Below the pieces are notes generated by a model that made no database searches, was not told the DNA's origin, and saw only the letters and a program-made list of their open reading frames with translations. The position numbers were made by a program, and so were the translations under genes. DNA of 64,000 nt from contig CASFBF010000011.1 in NCBI GenBank assembly GCA_949292985.1, forward strand, positions 2,450 to 66,449. The letters are read 5' to 3'. Within the stretch, counting starts at the first letter, position 1, and every line of letters starts with the position of its first letter. This DNA comes from an uncultured Bacillota bacterium (GTDB lineage: Bacteria; Bacillota; Clostridia; Christensenellales; UBA1242). Shown piece by piece: positions 1 through 7,459 of this stretch.

Positions 1-388
1 CTCCGTAACTGTTGTGGTCAAAATACGATAATGGCAATCTATTGATTTTTGCGGTTATTTGTGTTCTGTATTTTTCTGAAATTTTTGCTGCGACTTTTGC
101 CATTATAAAATTTTGAATATATGAGAAGCCAAAAGCAAAAGCATACATTACAACCAAAATTATACCGTATTTAGTTATAGCATCAAAATCAAACGGCAGA
201 ACAACAACTTCTTCCATCATAAGTTTTAAAACATATGGGCCCATTATTGATAAAACTGTGCCCACAGCAGATAATAATAGTGACAAAATGACTAATATGC
301 GATATGCTTTCAAACTTTTAAAAAGAAAGAACATTGCTTTTTTGAAATCTTTTGATTTTGAATATGACATTTTTCCAAAAGGTGGCAT
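1..388 (-). CDS. ABC transporter permease/ATP-binding protein, N-terminal (membrane-domain) part only; gene runs off the left edge
   Basis: Own translation of the minus strand from ATG 388-386 gives MPPFGKMSYSKSKDFKKAMFFLFKSLKAYRILVILSLLLSAVGTVLSIMGPY...INRLPLSYFDHNSYG. This is a typical N-terminus of a type I ABC exporter. It starts 1 nt after the stop of the 390-2132 paralogue, as in heterodimer-type pairs. Confidence 0.8.
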   Translation of the reverse strand, partial: MPPFGKMSYSKSKDFKKAMFFLFKSLKAYRILVILSLLLSAVGTVLSIMGPYVLKLMMEEVVVLPFDFDAITKYGIILVVMYAFAFGFSYIQNFIMAKVAAKISEKYRTQITAKINRLPLSYFDHNSYG

Positions 389-389
389 T

Positions 390-2132
390 TTACAATTCCT
401 CCTTTTTCAGTTGTGACAAGGCAATTTCTTGATAAACAGGGCAGGTTTGCATAAGTTTGTTGTGAGTACCAATTCCCACCATTTCACCTTCATTTAATAC
501 AATGATTTTATCAGCGTTTCTAATTGTGCCTATTCGTTGTGCCACAATCAGTTGAGTAATGCCTTTTGTGTGGGTTTTAAGTGCTTTTCTAAGTGCTTTA
601 TCTGTTTTATAATCGAGCGCAGAAAAACTATCGTCAAAAATCAATATTTCAGGTTTTTTAACAAGCGCTCTGGCTATACTCAGTCTTTGTTTTTGACCGC
701 CCGATACATTATGACCGCCTTGTGCGATATGGTCATTCAGGCCTTCTGGTTTAGAATAAACGAATTTTGATTGTGATATTTTTATAGCATCTTCAACTTC
801 TTTATCAGTGGCATTTTGGTTGCCATATTTTATGTTTTCTTCTATTGTCCCAGAGAACAGTATGCCTTTTTGTGGGACATAACCAATTTTATTGTGCAAA
901 TCCTTTAATTTGTAATCTTTAACATTGACTCCATCAACAAAAACTTCACCATCAGTGCAATCGTAAAATCTTGGTATCAGATTGATGAGGGTGGATTTTC
1001 CGGAGCCTGTTGACCCAATAAATGCTATCGTTTCACCTTTGTTTGCTTTGAAAGATATGTTTTTTAAAACATAATCATCAGCGCCTGGATACATAAAATT
1101 TACATTTTTAAATTCAACAGTTCCTGTTTCATTTGTTTCAAAATCTCCTGAGCCGTCCACTATGCTTGACTCTGAATTTAAAACTTGCTTTATTCGTTGG
1201 GCAGAGACCATTGCCCTTGGAATAATGACCATTAACATTGAAACCATCATAAAAGCCATAATAATTTGAATTGCATATTGTGTAAATTCGGTTAATACTT
1301 CAAAATCAATACTCCCTGAACTAATCAGATATGCGCCCAACCAAACCAACGCAAGTGATGTGGCTTGCATTATAAAAGAAATTCCAGGGCTTAACAGTCC
1401 AGTAACTTTGTTTATAAAAATGTTTGTGTTTGTTAGTTTGGTATTAACTTTTTCAAATTTTTGTTCCTGCGATGTTTCGGCGCTGTTTGCCCTTATTACT
1501 TTGATACCTGTTAGGTTTTCACGGGTAACAAGGTTGACATTATCTGTCAAAGACTGAACTTTTTTAAATTTTGGAACAACAAATATAAAAACCAAGAAAA
1601 CTAACATAAGCAGAGCGACAACGCTGACTGCCGTTACTATGGAAAGTTCTTGTGAGAGATTGAGAATTTTTATTATAGCAACAACAGCAGTTATAGGGGC
1701 GGTTAATCCCATGTTGATTGTCATTATGAGAACATTTTGTAATTGTGTAATATCATTTGTTGAACGGGTAATCAATGAAGCAATAGAAAATTGGTTAATT
1801 TCATTCATTGAAAAATTGTTTACTTTTTCAAAAACCTGTCGTCTTAATTTTGCTAAAACTGAGGTAATTATAAGTGCACTTAAATAACTCACTCCAAGCG
1901 TAGAAATAAACGCACCTAAAATTGTTAGAAGCATGATGCCTCCGTTTTTTAATATTTCAGACCAGTATAAACTAATGTCGCCTGACATAGCACCTGTTCG
2001 CAAATTGCCGACGATTGCTCCCATATATTCTGGTAAAGTTAAACTACAATAAACATGGGCACCCAATAAAGCAAAAGTTAAAATTAACAACAACCATTCT
2101 TTTGTTGAAAAACACTTAAATATTTTTGACAT
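390..2132 (-). CDS. ABC transporter permease/ATP-binding protein (type I exporter half-transporter)
   Basis: 580-aa ORF. N-terminal multi-TM domain, then Walker A GSTGSGKST, ABC signature VSGGQKQRLSIARAL and Walker B ILIFDDSFSALD. Confidence 0.93.
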   Translation of the reverse strand: MSKIFKCFSTKEWLLLILTFALLGAHVYCSLTLPEYMGAIVGNLRTGAMSGDISLYWSEILKNGGIMLLTILGAFISTLGVSYLSALIITSVLAKLRRQVFEKVNNFSMNEINQFSIASLITRSTNDITQLQNVLIMTINMGLTAPITAVVAIIKILNLSQELSIVTAVSVVALLMLVFLVFIFVVPKFKKVQSLTDNVNLVTRENLTGIKVIRANSAETSQEQKFEKVNTKLTNTNIFINKVTGLLSPGISFIMQATSLALVWLGAYLISSGSIDFEVLTEFTQYAIQIIMAFMMVSMLMVIIPRAMVSAQRIKQVLNSESSIVDGSGDFETNETGTVEFKNVNFMYPGADDYVLKNISFKANKGETIAFIGSTGSGKSTLINLIPRFYDCTDGEVFVDGVNVKDYKLKDLHNKIGYVPQKGILFSGTIEENIKYGNQNATDKEVEDAIKISQSKFVYSKPEGLNDHIAQGGHNVSGGQKQRLSIARALVKKPEILIFDDSFSALDYKTDKALRKALKTHTKGITQLIVAQRIGTIRNADKIIVLNEGEMVGIGTHNKLMQTCPVYQEIALSQLKKEEL

Positions 2133-2235
2133 GTGTTAAGTATATGATTTTTTCTTGAAATAGTCAAATAAATTTGTAAAAATCGTTTTTAATTTTCAGG
2201 TTCGCATGCTATAATTTCACTAAAAGGAGAGCATT

Positions 2236-3153
2236 ATGGCATTTGCATTATTTAGAAGTGAAAAAGTGGTTGATCCAACCATTCACGACGCAGAGGAAAA
2301 TATCAACATTTCTATGGGTGTGCATATTTTATGCGATTGCAAAAATGTTAGTGTTTCAGGTAAAGCAATAATTTTGGAGGCTATTAACACAACTTTTAAA
2401 GAGGTTAGTGGTAAGGCTTTTATTCAAATGTTTGATAACAGTTCTATTGAAAGTATGTTTGGTAAAGCCAAAATCGTTCTTTTCAAAAGCGGTTTTGTTG
2501 GCTGTGTTTCAGGAAAAGCCAAGATTACAACAATCAATAATTGTGTTATAGATTATGTTGCAGGAAAAGCAAAAGTAGGCACAATGAATGATGGTTATAT
2601 CAGGTTTTTAGATGACAAAGCCGAACTTGCAACCGTAACCAAAGGTAAGATTATGTTTGTAAGGCACAAAGCGAGAATAGTAACTTTAATAGACGGTGAA
2701 ATAACAGGTTTAGAAGATAATGCAGAACTTGTAAGTATGATGAACGGGAAAATAACATATTCTCTCAATGATTCCAAAGTGGGAACAATCAATAATGGAC
2801 AGATAAATTTGGTTGCAGATAATGCTGAAATTTCAACATTAAATAAAGGTGAAGTTAATGAAATGTTGGGTTCAAGCATGATTTCAGCGAACATGGAAGG
2901 CTCAATAAAAAATATAAGAGCCAACGCATTGATTGTGTATAGTCCCGATCAAAGTGAAAAGAGAAGGGAAGAGTTTAAACGCAATAAAGAAGAATTGAAA
3001 AAATCTTTGGAAGATAAAAAACTTGCTCCTGAACAAATGAAATTGAATTTGTCAGAAGATGGTGCTGAAAAGCAAGAAGAACAAGCACAAGAAACAACAG
3101 AAATAAAAGTTCAAAAGAAAAAAGTATCAAAAGTAAAAAAAGATTTGCAGTAA
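2236..3153 (+). CDS. hypothetical repeat protein, predicted beta-solenoid (about 12 degenerate 16-18-aa turns) with a K/E-rich C-terminal tail
   Basis: 305-aa ORF preceded by AAAAGGAG. Tandem degenerate units include GKAKITTINNCVIDYVA, GKAKVGTMNDGYIRFLDD, KAELATVTKGKIMFVRH, KARIVTLIDGEITGLED and NAELVSMMNGKITYSLND. No family recognised. Confidence 0.7.
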   Translation: MAFALFRSEKVVDPTIHDAEENINISMGVHILCDCKNVSVSGKAIILEAINTTFKEVSGKAFIQMFDNSSIESMFGKAKIVLFKSGFVGCVSGKAKITTINNCVIDYVAGKAKVGTMNDGYIRFLDDKAELATVTKGKIMFVRHKARIVTLIDGEITGLEDNAELVSMMNGKITYSLNDSKVGTINNGQINLVADNAEISTLNKGEVNEMLGSSMISANMEGSIKNIRANALIVYSPDQSEKRREEFKRNKEELKKSLEDKKLAPEQMKLNLSEDGAEKQEEQAQETTEIKVQKKKVSKVKKDLQ

Positions 3154-3165
3154 GGGTAACTTAAC

Positions 3166-4077
3166 ATGCAAATTTTTCAGACGGCATTATTAGATGCTCT
3201 TCTTGACACGCTAAAAGTTTTTCCAATTCTTTATTTAGCATATCTTTTAGTCGCTTATATTTCTCATGCAAAAAGCGATAAGTTTACAAAATTTCTAAAT
3301 AAGTCTAAAAAAGCAGGGCCGGCAGTTGGGGCTTTTTTAGGTTGTATCCCACAATGTGGGTTTTCTTCTGTTATGTCAGATTTATATTCTAGGCGTGCTA
3401 TTACTTTGGGAACACTTTTTGCAGTGTTTATAGCAACATCAGATGAAGCGATACCAATTATGATTGCAAATCCAACTTTTATTGTGGACCTTCTTATTTT
3501 GTTAGCATTAAAAATTGTTTTTGCGATTTTCTTTGGATACTTGGTGGATATTGTTTTATCGTTTTTTGAACGCAAACAAAAACCGTTTGTGGCAGATCCA
3601 ATTTTAGCAGAAGAATTAGAACATCCGCATGATCATTGTTCGTGCCACAGCCACCATGATGGTAAAGGGCATTGTAACACAAAAAACATATTTCTTGATG
3701 CTTTAATTCACTCACTTAACATTACTCTTTATATTTTTATTGCAACATTATTTATAAATATAATTGTTGAGGCTGTGGGGTTGGACGCTTTAACAGATTG
3801 GTTTGGTGGAAATGTTTATATTCAAATTTTGCTTGCAGGTTTGATAGGACTTATTCCAAACTGTGCTTCTTCTGTGTTTTTAGTGGAACTTTACATCAAT
3901 GGTGGCATAGCGTTTTCAGCAATGTTTGCAGGCTTGTGTGTTGGAGCGGGTGTTGGCCTTGTAATTTTATTTACAAAAAATAGGGGTAAAAAACAACTAC
4001 TGCAAAATTTTGCAATAGTTGGATTGTTATATTTGTTTGGTATTATAAGCGGGATTATAGTTAGTTTGTTTTACTAA
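3166..4077 (+). CDS. polytopic membrane protein, putative metal exporter (ArsP_2 / '10TM heavy-metal exporter'-like)
   Basis: 303-aa ORF 12 nt after the previous gene. Many TM helices, motifs IPQCG and IPNCASSV, and a central His/Cys-rich loop HPHDHCSCHSHHDGKGHC. Family assignment is from memory of the PF11449-type pattern. Confidence 0.7.
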   Translation: MQIFQTALLDALLDTLKVFPILYLAYLLVAYISHAKSDKFTKFLNKSKKAGPAVGAFLGCIPQCGFSSVMSDLYSRRAITLGTLFAVFIATSDEAIPIMIANPTFIVDLLILLALKIVFAIFFGYLVDIVLSFFERKQKPFVADPILAEELEHPHDHCSCHSHHDGKGHCNTKNIFLDALIHSLNITLYIFIATLFINIIVEAVGLDALTDWFGGNVYIQILLAGLIGLIPNCASSVFLVELYINGGIAFSAMFAGLCVGAGVGLVILFTKNRGKKQLLQNFAIVGLLYLFGIISGIIVSLFY

Positions 4078-4142
4078 AAAAACAATATATTTTGGCTATT
4101 ATGTCATAATACTAACAAAATATAGTATTTTGTAGTTTTTTT
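4076..4142. terminator. AT-rich multi-hairpin bidirectional terminator between the permease gene and tRNA-Pro
   Basis: An outer A-run (4076-4083, AAAAAAAC) pairs with GTTTTTTT (4135-4142). It encloses palindrome 4097-4111 and hairpin ACAAAATA-TAG-TATTTTGT (4115-4133). The TAA stop (4075-4077) overlaps the outer arm. Confidence 0.45.
4097..4111. repeat. palindrome family copy P1: TATTATG-T-CATAATA
   Basis: Perfect 7-1-7 palindrome in an intergenic region. It shares its core with seven other intergenic copies in the window. Confidence 0.8.
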
Positions 4143-4157
4143 CATTGATTTTTTGGT

Positions 4158-4234
4158 TGGTCGGCGTGGCGGGATTTGAACCCACGACCTCTTGCTCCCG
4201 AAACAAGCGCGCTACCAAACTGCGCTACACGCCG
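4158..4234 (-). tRNA. tRNA-Pro (anticodon CGG)
   Basis: The minus strand reads CGGCGTG-TA-GCGC-AGTTTGGTA-GCGC-G-CTTGT-TTCGGGA-GCAAG-AGGTC-GTGGG-TTCAAAT-CCCGC-CACGCCG-ACCA. This is a complete 77-nt cloverleaf with anticodon loop TT-CGG-GA, G37 and an encoded CCA. Confidence 0.93.
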
Positions 4235-4255
4235 TAAAGATTTCATATCGAATAA

Positions 4256-4284
4256 ATTGTAAATCAATTTTTTTATTTAGTCAA
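4256..4284 (-). promoter_or_regulatory. sigma-A-type promoter for tRNA-Pro
   Basis: The minus strand has TTGACT (4284-4279), a 17-nt spacer and TACAAT (4261-4256), 21 nt upstream of the tRNA 5' end. Confidence 0.5.
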
Positions 4285-4349
4285 ATTATATTAAATGTGT
4301 TTGAAAAATAATATAATTATGGTACACTATAATGTGTTTGGAGGGAATT

Positions 4350-5171
4350 GTGATTAAAATTATTGTAGATTCAACGGCTTATATTCCAAAAGAGTTTATT
4401 GAAAAAAATGATATTACAGTTGTACCTTTAAAGGTGCTTTATATGGATAAAGAGTTTGTAGAAGGTTTGCCTGGTTCTTACGATGAATTTTTTGAATCTT
4501 TTACTCGTACAAAAATTTTCCCAAAAACATCTCAGCCTTCTCCTGAGGATTTTATAAATGCTTATAATAAGGTTATAGATGAAGGAAATGAAGCCATAGT
4601 TTTCACTATATCTGCATCTTTGTCTGGAACAAATTCGGTTGCAAACCTTGCAAAGCAAGAATGTAAAGATCCAGATAAAATTTCTGTTGTAGATTCTATG
4701 TCAACCGGACAAAATGTTTGGGGATATTGCATGGAAGTTATAGATAAAGCAAAGGAAGGAATGAGTAGACAGCAAATTTTGGATTATATCGCTTCTTTGC
4801 AAGTTAACAGCCAAATTTGTTTTGTTCCTGATTCACTTGAATATCTTAAAAAGGGCGGAAGAATTGGCAAGGTTAGTGCTGTGCTTGGGTCTTTTTTACA
4901 AATAAAACCTATTTTAACTTTTAAACAAGGAACACTTCTTTGTGCTAAAAAAGTTTTTGGTGTTACAAAAGTTATTTCGGAATTGATTTCTATGATTCCA
5001 AAAAATGTAAAACGCCTTTTTGCGATTCATATTGCAAACACAAAACATTTCGAGCAATTGCATCAAAAAATGATTGAAAAATTTCCTGACAGCACAATTT
5101 ATGAAGGTGAATTAGGACCTGTTGTAGCCTCTCATATAGGGCCTGCTATTGGAGTTTGTTATATATGCTAG
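4350..5171 (+). CDS. DegV family fatty-acid-binding protein
   Basis: The ORF is IKIIVDSTAYIPKEF...TSQPSPEDF...SLSGTNSVA...LEYLKKGGRIGK, a DegV pattern. GTG at 4350 follows GGAGGG (4340-4346). The in-frame ATG at 4332 has no SD. Confidence 0.88.
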   Translation: MIKIIVDSTAYIPKEFIEKNDITVVPLKVLYMDKEFVEGLPGSYDEFFESFTRTKIFPKTSQPSPEDFINAYNKVIDEGNEAIVFTISASLSGTNSVANLAKQECKDPDKISVVDSMSTGQNVWGYCMEVIDKAKEGMSRQQILDYIASLQVNSQICFVPDSLEYLKKGGRIGKVSAVLGSFLQIKPILTFKQGTLLCAKKVFGVTKVISELISMIPKNVKRLFAIHIANTKHFEQLHQKMIEKFPDSTIYEGELGPVVASHIGPAIGVCYIC

Positions 5172-5860
5172 CAAAAACTGCGCTTGTTGTTGGAGCAACT
5201 GGCGACATTGGAAAGGTTATAGCGCAATCGCTATCTAATGCGGGCTATAATCTTTTGTTGTGTGGCAATAAAGGTGAGTTTGAAACAAAGAATTTAAAAA
5301 CTGAAACATCTTTTTTGCGATTTGATATTCGTAACCCAGAACAAGTGAAAAGCGCATTCGAAAAATTACCAAAATTAGATTTGGTTGTTTGTTGCGCAGG
5401 AATTGCGGGCGAGGAAAAACTGATTATTGACCAATCAGATGAAGAAATTTTAAATTTGGTGCAAACAAATTTATTAGGAACAATTTATGTTAATAAGTAT
5501 GTTTTGCCATATATCAATCGTGGTGGATGCATTGTGAATATTGCTTCGTTTTTAGGCGTGTATGGATGCAGTTGCGAGGCTGTTTACAGCGCAACAAAGG
5601 CTGGGGTTATAGGGCTAACTAAATCGCTATCCAAAGAATTTGAAAGTTTTGCGGTTAGGGTTAATAGCATAAGCCCTGGTTATATTCAAACTAAAATGAA
5701 CGCCGAATTCTCTGACGAAGAAAAGCGAAGTATAATTGATAAAACGCCAGTTGGCAGATTGGGAACTGCTGACGATGTTGCAAAAGCAGTGTTGTTTTTG
5801 GCAGATAATGATTTTGTAAATGGCGAGAATATAATGGTTGACGGCGGTTTAATTATTTAG
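5165..5860 (+). CDS. SDR family oxidoreductase (3-oxoacyl-ACP reductase FabG-like)
   Basis: Contains the Rossmann motif VVGATGDIGK, catalytic YSATKAG, and a C-terminal GENIMVDGG. ATG at 5165 overlaps the DegV stop and is preceded by GGAG. Confidence 0.9.
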   Translation: MLAKTALVVGATGDIGKVIAQSLSNAGYNLLLCGNKGEFETKNLKTETSFLRFDIRNPEQVKSAFEKLPKLDLVVCCAGIAGEEKLIIDQSDEEILNLVQTNLLGTIYVNKYVLPYINRGGCIVNIASFLGVYGCSCEAVYSATKAGVIGLTKSLSKEFESFAVRVNSISPGYIQTKMNAEFSDEEKRSIIDKTPVGRLGTADDVAKAVLFLADNDFVNGENIMVDGGLII

Positions 5861-5883
5861 GTTAAATTTAATATGATAAAAAC

Positions 5884-5916
5884 ACCTCTTTTTCTACAAA
5901 AGAGGTTGTTTTTTTT
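5884..5916 (+). terminator. intrinsic terminator after the SDR gene
   Basis: Stem ACCTCTTTT (5884-5892) pairs with AAAAGAGGT (5898-5906) across a 5-nt loop, followed by TGTTTTTTTT. Confidence 0.8.
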
Positions 5917-5958
5917 AATCTTAAAAATTTTAAAATTGTTTTCGTAGGAGGGCGAAAG

Positions 5959-6267
5959 ATGAAGTTAAAATCTAGAATTTATAATGGAACTCTTTATGTG
6001 CTTTTATGCGGAGAATTAGATGAACATTCTGCCACTTATGTTCGTGATGAAATGGATAAAGCATTTTCAAGTGGAATTTTTAAACAGATAATTATTGATT
6101 TGTCTGAGTTGGAATTCATGGATTCTACGGGAATTGGAGTGCTTATTGGCAGATATAAAAAGATGAAAGACAGAAGCATTCCTATTTACATTTGCAATCC
6201 TTCTTCGCATGCTGAAAAAATATTTAAAATGACAGGGCTTTATGAAATAATGCCAAAAATTGTTTAA
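5959..6267 (+). CDS. spoIIAA: anti-sigma F factor antagonist SpoIIAA (STAS domain)
   Basis: 102-aa STAS protein with the phosphorylatable-Ser context FMDSTGIGVL. It is the first gene of a spoIIAA-spoIIAB-sigF arrangement. Confidence 0.93.
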   Translation: MKLKSRIYNGTLYVLLCGELDEHSATYVRDEMDKAFSSGIFKQIIIDLSELEFMDSTGIGVLIGRYKKMKDRSIPIYICNPSSHAEKIFKMTGLYEIMPKIV

Positions 6268-6279
6268 GGGGGAAGCATA

Positions 6280-6729
6280 ATGAAAACAAATAACTATATG
6301 GAAGTTAGATTTAAAGCAGAATCTGTAAATGAAAGTTTTGCAAGGGTTTGCGTGGCAAGTTTTTGCCTTCCATTAAATCCTACCATTGACGAAATAAATG
6401 ACATAAAAACTGCGGTTTCGGAGGCTGTTACAAATTGTGTTGTGCATGCTTATCCAAAAGGTGCGGGCGATGTTGTTGTGCGTGTGGAGTTTGAAGGGAA
6501 AGATGTTATGATTTCAGTTAGTGATGAGGGTGTGGGAATAAAAGATTTTGAACAAGCCCGAGAGCCTTTTTATACTACTAAGCCAGATGAAGAGCGCAGT
6601 GGTATGGGGTTTGCCGTTATGGAAAGTTTTATGGACGGTGTGCAGTTACAAAAGAATGGTGAAAAAGGACTTAAAGTTGTGCTTAGAAAAACTTTAAGGC
6701 ATAGCGCACTTTCCAAACAGTCGTGTTAG
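6280..6729 (+). CDS. spoIIAB: anti-sigma F factor SpoIIAB (serine protein kinase)
   Basis: 149-aa GHKL-type kinase with EAVTNCVVHAY, DEGVGI and SGMGF motifs, lying between spoIIAA and sigF. Confidence 0.93.
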   Translation: MKTNNYMEVRFKAESVNESFARVCVASFCLPLNPTIDEINDIKTAVSEAVTNCVVHAYPKGAGDVVVRVEFEGKDVMISVSDEGVGIKDFEQAREPFYTTKPDEERSGMGFAVMESFMDGVQLQKNGEKGLKVVLRKTLRHSALSKQSC

Positions 6730-7445
6730 ATTGGGAAAAAGTCAGACAACTGGTTAAAGAGGCTCAAAGTGGAAGCGAAGAGGCAAAGAGTGCGCTGATT
6801 GCCGAAAATTCTCCTTTGATTAAAAGTATAATAAAGCGTTTTCAAGGCAAGGGACTTGAATATGACGACCTTTATCAGTTGGGCTGTCTGGGGTTTGTAA
6901 AGGCTATTAAAAATTTTAACCCCGATTTTAATGTTAAATTTTCAACATATGTTGTTCCTATGGTTATTGGTGAGATAAAACGATTTATGCGCGATGATGG
7001 AAGCATCAAGGTTTCAAGAGCAATAAAATCTCTCAATTTAAAAATAAATAAATTTGTTGATGCCTATTGCGTTGAACACAAAATTAATCCAACCGTAGAG
7101 GAAATTGCCAAGCATTTCAATGTTGAAGAGGGTGATGTTGTGCTTGCAATGGATTCATCTCGTATGCCGATTTCTTTGTATGCGCCGTTTGAAGATGGCG
7201 AAAGCGACAGTTTGATGGTGATTGATAGGGTTGACGCAGAAAATAATGATGATTCGCTTTTGGATAAAATCACAATACGAGAACTTATTCGAGATATGCC
7301 AAAGCGAGATAAAACAATAATTTTAATGCGATATTTTTATGATAAAACACAAAGTGAAATTGCGCAGTTGTTGCATATTTCGCAAGTGCAAGTGTCTAGA
7401 TTAGAAAATAAAATTTTAGAAAATTTAAAGAAAAAATTGTCCTAA
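6723..7445 (+). CDS. sigF: RNA polymerase sporulation sigma factor F
   Basis: 240-aa sigma-70 family protein: region 2 DLYQLGCLGFVKAIKNFNP...FSTYVVPMVIGEIKRFMRD and region 4 SEIAQLLHISQVQVSRLE. Operon position is after spoIIAB. GTG start overlaps the spoIIAB stop. Confidence 0.92.
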   Translation: MLDWEKVRQLVKEAQSGSEEAKSALIAENSPLIKSIIKRFQGKGLEYDDLYQLGCLGFVKAIKNFNPDFNVKFSTYVVPMVIGEIKRFMRDDGSIKVSRAIKSLNLKINKFVDAYCVEHKINPTVEEIAKHFNVEEGDVVLAMDSSRMPISLYAPFEDGESDSLMVIDRVDAENNDDSLLDKITIRELIRDMPKRDKTIILMRYFYDKTQSEIAQLLHISQVQVSRLENKILENLKKKLS

Positions 7446-7459
7446 TGGACAATTTTTTT
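7431..7459. terminator. bidirectional terminator shared by convergent sigF and the lipoprotein gene
   Basis: AAAAAATTGTCC-TAA-TGGACAATTTTTTT. The sigF stop TAA (7443-7445) is the loop. The lipoprotein stop (7458-7460) lies at the right end of the T run. Confidence 0.75.

Noticed and set aside
4097-4111. The 7-1-7 palindrome TATTATG-N-CATAATA could be a Fur-type (TGATAAT-N-ATTATCA) or PadR-type (ATGT-N8-ACAT) operator.
   Set aside because: The half-site order and sequence do not match either consensus. Spacing between the arms varies from 1 to 7 nt across copies, which argues for a hairpin or REP-like element rather than a fixed dimer operator.
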